Source: an uncultured Spirochaetota bacterium
GTDB taxonomy: Bacteria > Spirochaetota > UBA4802 > UBA5550
Length of the DNA: 64,000 nucleotides
NCBI GenBank assembly: GCA_963727175.1
Contig: CAVSFD010000002.1
Span: 3,928,782 to 3,992,781, forward strand
Direction: 5' to 3'
The notes beneath the pieces were generated by a model, which was not told the DNA's origin, did no database searches, and saw only the letters and a program-made list of their open reading frames with translations. The position numbers and the translations under genes were made by a program. Shown here piece by piece: positions 32,510 through 42,211 of the stretch (its first letter is position 1; each line of letters begins with the position of its first letter).

Positions 32510-33951
32510 AGCATATATTTGAAAAAAGCGTACCCGGCAGAACCGGCGTTGAAACCGGAGCCGTGGAAAACGCAACCATCGGCCTCCTTGACGACCGGTT
32601 CAGGAGAAAAACAGACAGTAAACTCCCGGAGGTGTCCGAGCTTGACGTGATGAGGCATTACATCAGGCTCTCCCAGCTCAATTTTTCCGTTGATACCCAT
32701 TTCTATCCCCTGGGTTCCTGCACGATGAAGTACAACCCGAAGGTGAATGAGGCCGTATCGTCGATGCCCGGATTTGCAGGTATTCATCCCCTCATGGCGT
32801 ACATCGGCGAGGAACATGCCCAGGGATGCCTGGAACTTATCTATAATCTTTCTTCCCTGCTTGCGGAAATAACCGGGATGAAGGGAGTCACCACGCAGCC
32901 CTATGCCGGGGCCCATGGAGAGCTCACCGGTATCCTGCTCATGGCGGCCTATCATAAAAGCAGGGGCAATAAAAAGAAATTTGTTATAGTCCCGGATGAA
33001 GCCCACGGCACCAATCCCGCCAGCGCCGCCATGGGTGGCTACACGGTAATATCCATACCGGTAGACAAAGACGGCGGCATGGACGTTGACCTTTTCAGGG
33101 AGAACATGAACGACGAGGTGGCCGGCGTCATGCTGACACTGCCCAACACCCTGGGACTGTTCCACCGGAGAATCTGCGACATCGTGGAAATTGCGCGGAA
33201 ACACGACGCCATACTGTACAATGACGGCGCCAATCTGAACGCGATCCTTGGGAAGGCACGTCCCGGCGATATCGGCTTCGACATCGTCCACATGAACCTG
33301 CACAAGACCTTCTCTACACCCCACGGCGGTGGCGGGCCAGGCGCAGGCGTGGTGGCTGTATCTGAACGGCTCGTGGATTTCCTGCCGGCGCCCTCTGTCG
33401 TCAAAACCCCGCAGGGCTGTTTCAGCCTTGATTTCAGCCGTGAAAAAACCATCGGCCCCGTGGCCTCATTCTTCGGCAACTTCGGGGTGCTGGTCCGGGC
33501 CGCTGTCTATATCATGATGCTGGGAAAGGAAGGGCTGATTGATGTTTCCGAAAAGGCCGTACTGAACGCCAATTACATCAGGGTTAAGCTGAAGGATTAT
33601 TATGACCTCCCCATGGACCGCACCTGCATGCATGAATGCGTATTCTCGGCCAGGCGGCAGGTACAGAAAAGCGGCGTCCACGCCATTGACATAGCCAAGG
33701 CGCTTATCGAGCGGGGCATTCACCCGCCGACGATATATTTTCCCCTGGTGGTCGACGAGGCTCTCATGATTGAGCCCACCGAAACTGAGTCCAAGGAAAC
33801 CATCGACGGTTTCATCGAGGCGATGATCGAGATCGCGAAGTTATCGGAATCTGATCCGGACCGTATCAAGAACGCCCCCAGCAACACTCCGGTCTCCCGT
33901 CCCGACGAGACCAGGGCTGCCAGAGAGCTGAAATTGACATGCAATTTGTGA
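32506..33951 (+). CDS. gcvPB: glycine dehydrogenase (decarboxylating) subunit 2 (P-protein beta, PLP-binding)
   Basis: 481 aa. PLP-lysine region HMNLHKTFSTPHGGGGPGAG. Confidence 0.9.
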   Translation: MKHIFEKSVPGRTGVETGAVENATIGLLDDRFRRKTDSKLPEVSELDVMRHYIRLSQLNFSVDTHFYPLGSCTMKYNPKVNEAVSSMPGFAGIHPLMAYIGEEHAQGCLELIYNLSSLLAEITGMKGVTTQPYAGAHGELTGILLMAAYHKSRGNKKKFVIVPDEAHGTNPASAAMGGYTVISIPVDKDGGMDVDLFRENMNDEVAGVMLTLPNTLGLFHRRICDIVEIARKHDAILYNDGANLNAILGKARPGDIGFDIVHMNLHKTFSTPHGGGGPGAGVVAVSERLVDFLPAPSVVKTPQGCFSLDFSREKTIGPVASFFGNFGVLVRAAVYIMMLGKEGLIDVSEKAVLNANYIRVKLKDYYDLPMDRTCMHECVFSARRQVQKSGVHAIDIAKALIERGIHPPTIYFPLVVDEALMIEPTETESKETIDGFIEAMIEIAKLSESDPDRIKNAPSNTPVSRPDETRAARELKLTCNL

Positions 33952-34775
33952 AAGCCCGGCTCATCCCTTACGCGCCTCGCAGCGGAATGGAAAACATGGC
34001 CGTGGATGAATACATGATGTCATGGCATCTGAACACCGGGATCCCGGTCTTCAGGGTTTACGCCTGGAGCCCGCCAACGATATCCCTGGGGAGATACCAG
34101 CAGATCGACTGCATTGACCTCGGTGCCTGCCGTGCAGACGGCGTGGACGTTGTCCGCCGCGTTACCGGCGGCAGCGCCATTTATCATGACAGGGAGCTTA
34201 CCTATTGCCTGGCGTGCGCCTGCAATAATCTTGAAAAAAAATCACTGACTATCCAGGAATCCTTTGAAATAGTTAACCGCTTCCTCATCGTTTTTTACCG
34301 GTGGATGGGCCTGAACGCCGTATACGCCAAAGACAGCGCCTCAACCGGCCACCCCGACAGGCGCGCGGCCTTCTGTTTCTCCAGCAATGAGAAATATGAT
34401 ATCATGATCAACGGGAAAAAAATCGGCGGCAACGCGCAGTGCCGGCTGGGAAAGGCGGTGCTTCAGCATGGTTCGATACCATTGTCCATTGACAGGGACC
34501 GGGTGGGCCGCTATTTCAAATCGGGCATGGACGGAGCAAACTTCACCTCCCTGAACGAGATCACCGGCATTGAAGCCGATACGGACATACATGTACGGCT
34601 CCTTGCCGAGAGTTTTTCCGAAACAACGGGATTGAGAATGTACGAGGAAGATATTCGCCCGGACGAAAAACCCGAAATAGAATCCATCATGAAGAAAAAA
34701 TACCTGAGCCGCCAGTGGAATCTGGAGGGCAGGGCGGAGGATGATGAGGTCTTCACGTCCCGGATGGCTAGATAA
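33939..34775 (+). CDS. lipoate-protein ligase / octanoyltransferase family protein (LplA/LipM-like BPL_LplA_LipB domain)
   Basis: Catalytic lysine motif KKIGGNAQ and RRVTGGSAIYHD. Positioned between gcvPB and lipA. Confidence 0.65.
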   Translation: MQFVKARLIPYAPRSGMENMAVDEYMMSWHLNTGIPVFRVYAWSPPTISLGRYQQIDCIDLGACRADGVDVVRRVTGGSAIYHDRELTYCLACACNNLEKKSLTIQESFEIVNRFLIVFYRWMGLNAVYAKDSASTGHPDRRAAFCFSSNEKYDIMINGKKIGGNAQCRLGKAVLQHGSIPLSIDRDRVGRYFKSGMDGANFTSLNEITGIEADTDIHVRLLAESFSETTGLRMYEEDIRPDEKPEIESIMKKKYLSRQWNLEGRAEDDEVFTSRMAR

Positions 34776-35583
34776 AAAGATAGACTTCCGCGCCATGCAC
34801 ACAACGGAGCAGAAGCTCCGCGGCCTGGCGCTGCACACGGTATGTAACCAGGCTCGGTGTCCCAACATATCAGAATGCTTTTCCCGCGGCACTGCCACGT
34901 TCCTCATCCTGGGGGAAGTCTGCACCAGAAATTGCTCATTCTGCGGCGTGAAGCACGGTACGCCTTTCCCGGCAGATACTGAAGAACCGGCCCGGGTTGC
35001 CGAAGCGGTCAGGCGGATGGGTATCAGCCATGCGGTCATCACCTCGGTCACGCGGGACGACCTGCCGGACGGCGGTGCCGGCTCTTTTATTTCAGTTATC
35101 AATGAATTAAAAAATATCAGCCGGGATGTGACTGTTGAAGTCCTGGTGCCTGATTTCAGAGGTTCCGAAGCTTCAATCAGCGCGGTACTGGACGCGGGAC
35201 CGGACATCTTCGGCCACAACCTGGAAACAGTGCCGTCCCTCTACAGCGCGCGGGGAAACTGCAATTACCAACAGAGCCTTAAGGTCCTGGACGTAGCGAA
35301 GAACCATTCCCGCACAGTAAAAACCAAGTCGGCCCTCATGGTCGGCCTGGGCGAAACCTTCGTGGAAGTGACCTCCGTCATGAAGGATCTCCGCGCCGTG
35401 GGATGCGACTACCTGAGCATAGGCCAGTACCTGCAGCCGGGTCGCGGCAACCAGCCGGTGCGGGAATATGTAACTCCGGAACAGTTTGAGCGATATAAGG
35501 AAAAAGCCCTTGAGATGGGTTTCCTCCACGTGGAAAGCGGAACCTATGTGCGGAGCTCCTACATGGCTGATAGATATCGGTAA
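34741..35583 (+). CDS. lipA: lipoyl synthase (radical SAM)
   Basis: N-terminal CNQARCPNISEC auxiliary-cluster motif and radical-SAM CTRNCSFC. 280 aa. Confidence 0.9.
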   Translation: MMRSSRPGWLDKKIDFRAMHTTEQKLRGLALHTVCNQARCPNISECFSRGTATFLILGEVCTRNCSFCGVKHGTPFPADTEEPARVAEAVRRMGISHAVITSVTRDDLPDGGAGSFISVINELKNISRDVTVEVLVPDFRGSEASISAVLDAGPDIFGHNLETVPSLYSARGNCNYQQSLKVLDVAKNHSRTVKTKSALMVGLGETFVEVTSVMKDLRAVGCDYLSIGQYLQPGRGNQPVREYVTPEQFERYKEKALEMGFLHVESGTYVRSSYMADRYR

Positions 35584-35675
35584 AAGCAGGAAGACACCCG
35601 GAAATCCTACCACGGGTATACAGGAGCACGGTGATTATTGGGAACTATCCGATAGCATTGAAAACAATGAGAATT

Positions 35676-35807
35676 TCTCGCAGAGTCGCTGAGCCGCAGA
35701 GTTTATAAAAATGCAATTGACGATTATAATATCAACTTTTCTGGTAAACTGATTTGAAGAGAATATTGTTTTTCTTTTTTTCTCTGCGTCCCTGCGCCTC
35801 TGCGAGA
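35676..35807. mobile_element. MITE-like element, copy 2 (~132 bp) with the same 26-bp TIR family as 12982-13184
   Basis: 5' end is tctcgcagagtcgctgagccgcagag. The reverse complement of the 3' end is tctcgcagaggcgcagggacgcagag. AT-rich interior. Flanking aatt / aatt could be a target-site duplication. Sits between lipA and lpd. Confidence 0.5.
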
Positions 35808-35858
35808 ATTATTCTTTAATCTATTTTTAATTTAGAGAACATGTAAAAGGAGAATGTC

Positions 35859-37154
35859 GTGAAAGAATACGATATCGTCATCATAGGGTCCGGTCCGGCC
35901 GGATACACGGCGGCCTTCGAGGCGGTAAAACACAAGATGAAAACAGCCATAATCGAACGCGACACATCTCGTCTCGGTGGCGTATGCCTCGGTGAAGGAT
36001 GCATTCCCCTGAAGGGCCTCCTTAAGTTTTCGGAAACCGTTAAGGATTATGCCTCTATTCGCGATACCGTGATGAAAAGAGTGGAGCAGATACGGGGCGG
36101 CCTCGCCTCCAGGCTTAAGAGTCAGGGCGTTGAGATTATCCAGGGCGAGGCTCGTTTCATTTCAAACAAGGAAATATCAATCAACGGCACTCAGGTCAGT
36201 GCCAAATACTTTATTATCGCAACGGGATCGTCGCCGAGAAAATTGTTTGATTATCCCAATGTGCACACATCAGAAAAAATCTTCGCCCTCCAAAAAGCTC
36301 CTGAATCCGTACTCATTATCGGCGGAGGAGTCGTCGGATGCGAGTACGCATCGTTTTTAAACAATATAGGCGTTAAGGTAGATATCGTCGAAGTTATGGA
36401 TTCCCTTCTCTACGGCGAGGATGAGGAAGCTGTACGGCTTCTCGCCAGGGAATTCAAGAAAAAGGGTATCCAGGTCTTTGCGAAGACGAAAATTACCGTT
36501 ATCAATCCTGACGGAGAGGCAGTCATGGAAGGCGGCAAAGAGATACGGCAGCGCTATGACCTGATCATGGAAGCCACGGGCCGCAGGCCCAACACGGCCG
36601 TGCTGGACCTTGAAGCTGCCGGGGTAACTCTTACCGCAAAGGGCTTTATCGCGGTCAATGAATCTATGCAGACATCGGCCGGGAACATATACGCCGCCGG
36701 CGACTGCATCGAGACGCCCATGCTGGCCTACACGGCTTACAAGGAAGCAGAGACCGCGGTCCGCCATTGTGCCACCGGAGAAAAGGGAGGAATCGATTAT
36801 AAATCGATGCCCCGTCTCGTTTTCTCCATGCCCCAGGTGGGTAGCGTCGGGATGAATGAAAAAGCAGCCGCTGATCGAAAGATCAATCACCGCGTTTACA
36901 AATATTTCTTCAAGGCCCTGGGGAAGGCGGTGATGGAAGGAAAGGATGCCGGGTTCGTGAAGATGATTTCCGACGAGGGGAAAGGGACTGTTATCGGGGC
37001 TGCGGCAGTGGGGGATCACATAGCCGATATCATGAACCAGCTGGCCCTGATCGTTGCAGGCGGCGTCACTATGACAACCATCATGGACTGCATGTTTGTT
37101 CATCCATCGTATTCGGAGATTATACTGGAGGCGCTGCAGTACGGGAAGCAGTAG
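35859..37154 (+). CDS. lpd: dihydrolipoyl dehydrogenase (E3 / L-protein)
   Basis: FAD motif IIGSGPAGY, redox-disulfide motif GGVCLGEGCIPLK, NAD motif IIGGGVVGCEYA. Confidence 0.8.
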   Translation: MKEYDIVIIGSGPAGYTAAFEAVKHKMKTAIIERDTSRLGGVCLGEGCIPLKGLLKFSETVKDYASIRDTVMKRVEQIRGGLASRLKSQGVEIIQGEARFISNKEISINGTQVSAKYFIIATGSSPRKLFDYPNVHTSEKIFALQKAPESVLIIGGGVVGCEYASFLNNIGVKVDIVEVMDSLLYGEDEEAVRLLAREFKKKGIQVFAKTKITVINPDGEAVMEGGKEIRQRYDLIMEATGRRPNTAVLDLEAAGVTLTAKGFIAVNESMQTSAGNIYAAGDCIETPMLAYTAYKEAETAVRHCATGEKGGIDYKSMPRLVFSMPQVGSVGMNEKAAADRKINHRVYKYFFKALGKAVMEGKDAGFVKMISDEGKGTVIGAAAVGDHIADIMNQLALIVAGGVTMTTIMDCMFVHPSYSEIILEALQYGKQ

Positions 37155-37270
37155 AGGCATTTCTGCAGATAATTGGCCATCATACCTTCAAAAATAACTT
37201 GAAATATTTTCAGCAACAGAAATTATATATATAGCAGTTTTTCGTCATCTTAAAATCAAGGAGGCGGCGA

Positions 37271-38896
37271 ATGAATCTACATGATGCGGTCATGAATATT
37301 TTCCCAGAGCAGAGGGATGTACCCGCAGAATTCACGCCGGCTTTCCCGATCATTCAAAAGGAGTTTCTGGTCAATGGCGAGATCAGGACCTGGAACGGCG
37401 AAATGCAGGACGTGTATTCCCCGGTATGCATAAAGACCGGCAATTTAATTGAGCAGAAACTCATCGGCCGATATCCCACACTAACGGAAAAAGAATCGCT
37501 GGAAGCGCTGGAGGCAGCGTCAGCAGCCTTCGATAATGGCAAGGGACAGTGGCCTACAATGCCGGTGGAGGAAAGAATCGGCCATGTCGAGAAGCTGGCC
37601 TTTCTCATGAAGGAGAAGCGGACGGAGATCATAAACCTCCTGATGTGGGAAATCGGAAAATCGTACAACGACAGCGCCAAGGAATTCGATCGCACCATTG
37701 AATATATGGGAGACACCATCAACGCCCTGAAAGACCTTGATCGCGCCGGCTCCCGGTTCGAAATTAAAGAAGGCATCATTGGCCAGATACGGCGCGCTCC
37801 CCTGGGCGTGGTCCTGTGCATGGGCCCCTTCAACTATCCCCTGAACGAGACCTTCACTACCTTGATCCCGGCCCTGATCATGGGCAATACAATCATATTC
37901 AAACCTCCCAAGATCGGCGTTCTTCTGCATCGGCCCCTTCTTCATGCATTCAAAGAGGCTTTCCCGAAAGGAGTGGTGAACACAGTCTACGGCGACGGAG
38001 CGAAAATTATCGGCCCCATGATGGCCACGGGAAAAATCGACGTCCTGGCCTTTATAGGCTCCAGCAGGGTGGCTGACATTATCAAGAAGCAGCATCCCAA
38101 GCCGCACCGTCTCCGGTCGGTACTGGGAATGGACGCCAAGAACGCGGGCATCATCCTGAAAGACGCCGATATCGCCCAGACCGTGAAGGAGTGCGTTCTC
38201 GGGTCGTTGTCCTTTAACGGACAGCGATGCACGGCGCTGAAGATTCTCTATGTCCACAAGGATATTGCCGATGAATTTTTGAAACAGATGAGCGCTGCCA
38301 TCGCGGCCCTGAAGCCGGGGATGCCCTGGGACAAGGACGTCAACCTGACGCCCCTGCCGGAAACCAACAAGACTCAATACATGACGGATTACATCGAAGA
38401 CGCTAAAAAGAACGGCGCGAAAGTCGTGAACGACGGCGGCGGTACCGTGAACAACACCTTCATGTTCCCCGCGGTGCTCTATCCCGTGAACGAGAAAATG
38501 AAGGTGTATCGCGAAGAGCAGTTCGGGCCGGTAATACCCGTTGTTCCCTTCACGAGGATAGATGAACCGATGAACTACGTGGTCAATTCAAACTATGGCC
38601 AGCAGGTTTCTATTTTCGGCCGGGACTCCGGCGCCATCGGCACGCTCATCGACACCCTGGTGAACCAGGTCTGCCGGGTGAACATCAACAGCCAGTGCCA
38701 GCGCGGGCCGGATTCCTTTCCCTTCACCGGCAGGAAGGACAGCGCCGAAGGTACCCTGTCCGTATCGGACGCCCTGAGGGTCTTCACCATCCGCACCCTG
38801 GTGGCGGTAAAAGGGACCGATACAAACAAGCAGATCATCACGGAAATTCTAAAGGATAAAAAGTCGAATTTTCTATCGACTGATTTTATCTTTTAA
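37271..38896 (+). CDS. gapN: non-phosphorylating NADP-dependent glyceraldehyde-3-phosphate dehydrogenase-like aldehyde dehydrogenase (GapN family)
   Basis: ALDH superfamily with GapN-like motifs (MGPFNYPLNE, catalytic Cys in SFNGQRCTALKILYV, VNINSQCQRGPDSFPFTGRKDSAEG). Confidence 0.65.
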   Translation: MNLHDAVMNIFPEQRDVPAEFTPAFPIIQKEFLVNGEIRTWNGEMQDVYSPVCIKTGNLIEQKLIGRYPTLTEKESLEALEAASAAFDNGKGQWPTMPVEERIGHVEKLAFLMKEKRTEIINLLMWEIGKSYNDSAKEFDRTIEYMGDTINALKDLDRAGSRFEIKEGIIGQIRRAPLGVVLCMGPFNYPLNETFTTLIPALIMGNTIIFKPPKIGVLLHRPLLHAFKEAFPKGVVNTVYGDGAKIIGPMMATGKIDVLAFIGSSRVADIIKKQHPKPHRLRSVLGMDAKNAGIILKDADIAQTVKECVLGSLSFNGQRCTALKILYVHKDIADEFLKQMSAAIAALKPGMPWDKDVNLTPLPETNKTQYMTDYIEDAKKNGAKVVNDGGGTVNNTFMFPAVLYPVNEKMKVYREEQFGPVIPVVPFTRIDEPMNYVVNSNYGQQVSIFGRDSGAIGTLIDTLVNQVCRVNINSQCQRGPDSFPFTGRKDSAEGTLSVSDALRVFTIRTLVAVKGTDTNKQIITEILKDKKSNFLSTDFIF

Positions 38897-38951
38897 TATA
38901 ACCAGTCCTCTTAATGGCTGTAGAGGAACATCTCCGGCATGAGCCCGGTAA

Positions 38952-40835
38952 GTGGGGTGCACTATGAGTAAGGGATTCTGTGATAATATCTCTCAAGTTG
39001 ATTTAAGCACCGGTTCGATTGCAACTATACATCCCGGTGCTGATTTTTATCGCATGTACCTGGGAGGTGGAGCTCTTGGATCTTATTTCCTCCTGAAAGA
39101 AACCGGTCCTGATACCGATCCTCTCTCTAATGAAAACGTATTGACTATTGCCACCGGCATTGCCACCGGCGCGGCCGTATCAGGCGTGAGCCGCTGCAGT
39201 GTTACGGCACTATCCCCTCTCACGAACATGGTGGCGGACAGCCAGGCAGGCGGAAACATCGGTCCCATGATCAAGAGGGCGGGGTTTGATGCAATCGTGA
39301 TCAAGGGAAAAGCCGCAAGCCTATCATACCTCCTGGTGGACGGCGGCAGCGTGACGATCGTTGATGCCGCCGGCCTGTCGGGTCGAACGGTGATAGAGGC
39401 TCGTGAAATTCTCCTGGAAAAGCACGGCACTAAAAACATAAGCATCATTCAGTGCGGTCCGGCAGGGGAAAAAATGGTGCGCTATGCCAATATCATGGCA
39501 GACGGAAATGACGCCTTCGGCAGGACCGGCCTGGGCGCGGTAATGGGAAGCAAGAACCTCCGTGCCGTTGTGGTAAAAGGCACCGGTGATGTCAGTTTCG
39601 CCGATCCTGACGCCCTCAAGGAACTGGGGAAGGCGGGGGCTAAACGCCTTACCGGTTCCGGATTTCCGGAAACTCTGCGAAAATTCGGTACCCCCGGGGT
39701 TGTCAAGTTCCAGGCCGAGGGAGGCAACTTCGCAACGCATAATTATTCCCGGGGCTGGCATCCTGATTACGCAAAGCTGGACGGCTCAACATACGAACCG
39801 CAGATCGGCGCAGGCACTACAACCTGCTATGGGTGCGTTGTTTCGTGCCGCAAGAGGATCAAGGCATCATCTCCTTATGAGCTGACTGATGCCCTTGGCG
39901 GACCGGAATTTGAAACACTCGGGCTGCTCGGGTCAAACCTCGATATAACGGATGCGGCCGTTGTTGCGAAAGCGAACGAACTGTGCAATAAGAACGGTAT
40001 TGACACCATCACCATGGGTTGTATTGCCGGGTACCTCTTCGAATGTGCGGAAAAGGGATTGATAAACGAGGCTGATACAGATGGCAGGACTCTCAGCTTT
40101 GGCGATCCGGATGCCTTGTTCTGGCTTATTGAAGCCGTTGCCCAAAGAAAGGGAGTCGGCGATGTCTGCGCCGAAGGCTTTGAGGCGCTTATCAAAAAAT
40201 TCGGCGAAAAGACACGGCCCTTCGCGATACATGTCAAGGGATCAGGCCTGGCGGTTCACATGCCACAGGTGAAGCCGAGCCTGGCTCTTATGTACGCCGT
40301 GTGTCCCATCGGACCGGACCACATGTCATCGGAACACGACTGGCTCCTGGCAAGCAAATCTGAAGCCGCCATGGGCCTCGGCATCATGGGCCAGGAAGAC
40401 GCCCCCTCGACGAGCTCCAACAAAGTGCGAATGACTGCCTACTCGCAGATATTCTACAGCGTTCTCGATTCAATGTCCCTGTGCATGTTTCCATGGGGTC
40501 CTGGTAGTCTATTTTCCTACCGTGACCTCGAAGACCTGGTGCGGTTTACGACAGGCTGGCAGATGACCCTGTGGGAGCTCATGAAAGTTGGAGAGCGCAG
40601 GATCAATATGATGCGCCGCGTGAACGCAAAGAGGGGTTTTACTAAGGAACATGATGTCCTGCCGGAACGGCTTTTTGATCCGCTGCCGGATGGTCCCAGC
40701 AAGGGACGTCATGTTGATCGCGCAGCCTTCAGCCGCATGAAAGATGAATATTACGGCTTCATGGGATGGGATGACAGGGACGGGAATCCCACAAGGGGAA
40801 AACTGATCGAGCTGGGACTCGATTGGACGATATGA
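38952..40835 (+). CDS. tungsten-type aldehyde:ferredoxin oxidoreductase family protein (AOR)
   Basis: 627 aa. AOR N-terminal domain and conserved Cys ligands of the [4Fe-4S]/tungstopterin site (TTCYGCVVSC region). The first Met options are 38952 and 38964. Confidence 0.8.
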   Translation: MGCTMSKGFCDNISQVDLSTGSIATIHPGADFYRMYLGGGALGSYFLLKETGPDTDPLSNENVLTIATGIATGAAVSGVSRCSVTALSPLTNMVADSQAGGNIGPMIKRAGFDAIVIKGKAASLSYLLVDGGSVTIVDAAGLSGRTVIEAREILLEKHGTKNISIIQCGPAGEKMVRYANIMADGNDAFGRTGLGAVMGSKNLRAVVVKGTGDVSFADPDALKELGKAGAKRLTGSGFPETLRKFGTPGVVKFQAEGGNFATHNYSRGWHPDYAKLDGSTYEPQIGAGTTTCYGCVVSCRKRIKASSPYELTDALGGPEFETLGLLGSNLDITDAAVVAKANELCNKNGIDTITMGCIAGYLFECAEKGLINEADTDGRTLSFGDPDALFWLIEAVAQRKGVGDVCAEGFEALIKKFGEKTRPFAIHVKGSGLAVHMPQVKPSLALMYAVCPIGPDHMSSEHDWLLASKSEAAMGLGIMGQEDAPSTSSNKVRMTAYSQIFYSVLDSMSLCMFPWGPGSLFSYRDLEDLVRFTTGWQMTLWELMKVGERRINMMRRVNAKRGFTKEHDVLPERLFDPLPDGPSKGRHVDRAAFSRMKDEYYGFMGWDDRDGNPTRGKLIELGLDWTI

Positions 40836-40838
40836 TCC

Positions 40839-42119
40839 ATGACCCCTGCCGATAACCAGCAGAACGACTCCCTCTACCGGCCCTGGCAGATAAAAATACT
40901 GCTGTCGACCTGGCTCGCCTACGCCGGATACTATTTCTGCCGCAAGCCCTTCTACGTAACCAAGGTAAGCATATCAGGAGCACTGGGAATCGATTCCTTC
41001 GGCCTGGCGCAGCTGGGCACCGCGTACCTGGTCGCCTACATGGTCGGTCAGTTTTCCAGCGCCTTTTTCGGCAGGAAAATGGGACCCAAGCTTCTTCTCC
41101 TGACCGGCATACTTATATCCATCGTCAGCACCTTTCTATTTGGCATATCCAACAGCTTCTGGACAATCATGCTCCTGACAAGCCTGAATGGCCTGGCCCA
41201 GGGCACCGGGTGGCCCGGCTGCATCGGAAGCCTTGCCTTCTGGTTCAGACGCAAACAGCGCGGCAGTGTCCTCGGTCTCTGGTCCACCTGCTACCAGTTC
41301 GGCCCGGTGGTAGCCACGCTCCTTGCTTCATTTCTCCTGGCCCGGGCGGGATGGCGGTGGTCCTTCTTCGGCGGCTCCATGGTGCTCCTTGCGGTCTGGT
41401 TCCTTGTGCTCATACTCCATCCGAACCGGCCCGAGGATGCCGGCCTTGCGCCTTTTCAAGATGAGGATGAAATGCCTGATCCGGCTGCCGCACATGGGGA
41501 TAAAAAGCTGGGATGGGACCGGAGCGTAGTTGTCACCATCATGATGATGGGCCTCATATATTTCTGCATCAAATTTTTAAGATACGCGCTGTGGAGCTGG
41601 CTTCCCTGGTTCCTGAACAAGAATTTTTTCATCTCAGAAGCCGACGCAGGATATCTTTCCACGGTATTCGATATATGCGGCTTTGCCGGCGTCATCGCCG
41701 CCGGCTTCCTTTCAGACCGCATATTCAGGGGTAAACGGGCCCTGCTTTCCTTCATTATGCTGGCCCTGATGACCCTGTCATTTTTCATCCTCTATTTCAT
41801 GGGATCGACAAACCTTGCGGTCTTTACGATATCAATAGGCTTTGCCGGGTTCATGCTCTTCGGGCCGGACTCACTCCTCTCAGGTGTCGGTGCCATTGAT
41901 GTAGGCTCAAAGGAGGGCGCCCTGTCCGCTGCAGGAATCATCAACGGTATGGGTTCCATCGGCCCCATCTTTCAGGAGCAGCTTGTGGGATGGATGTACC
42001 GGCGCTATGACCGGGACCTCCTGCCGATACTCATAATGCTGGTTGCGGTCGCGGCCGTGAGCGCCGTTTTCACCATGCTGCTCTGGTTTAGATCGCGGAA
42101 GGGGCTGGCAGGCGTTTAG
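40839..42119 (+). CDS. MFS transporter, organophosphate:Pi antiporter (OPA; GlpT/UhpT/PgtP-like) family
   Basis: 12 TM segments. N-terminal RPWQIKILLSTWLAYAGYYFCRKPF resembles the OPA-family signature. Confidence 0.65.
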   Translation: MTPADNQQNDSLYRPWQIKILLSTWLAYAGYYFCRKPFYVTKVSISGALGIDSFGLAQLGTAYLVAYMVGQFSSAFFGRKMGPKLLLLTGILISIVSTFLFGISNSFWTIMLLTSLNGLAQGTGWPGCIGSLAFWFRRKQRGSVLGLWSTCYQFGPVVATLLASFLLARAGWRWSFFGGSMVLLAVWFLVLILHPNRPEDAGLAPFQDEDEMPDPAAAHGDKKLGWDRSVVVTIMMMGLIYFCIKFLRYALWSWLPWFLNKNFFISEADAGYLSTVFDICGFAGVIAAGFLSDRIFRGKRALLSFIMLALMTLSFFILYFMGSTNLAVFTISIGFAGFMLFGPDSLLSGVGAIDVGSKEGALSAAGIINGMGSIGPIFQEQLVGWMYRRYDRDLLPILIMLVAVAAVSAVFTMLLWFRSRKGLAGV

Positions 42120-42211
42120 CATGAAAGCATATCTTCTGTGAGAGCAGGGCATTAACCTTACACTCTCAGAAGACAAATATTTTAAACCTGCCCCTGACAG
42201 ATATGGATGTT

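Noticed and set aside
32476-35613. Long antisense ORFs opposite gcvPB, lplA and lipA (32476..33324, 34341..35219, 35173..35613)
   Set aside because: Shadow ORFs of conserved genes. Low-complexity Ala/Arg/Gly-rich translations.
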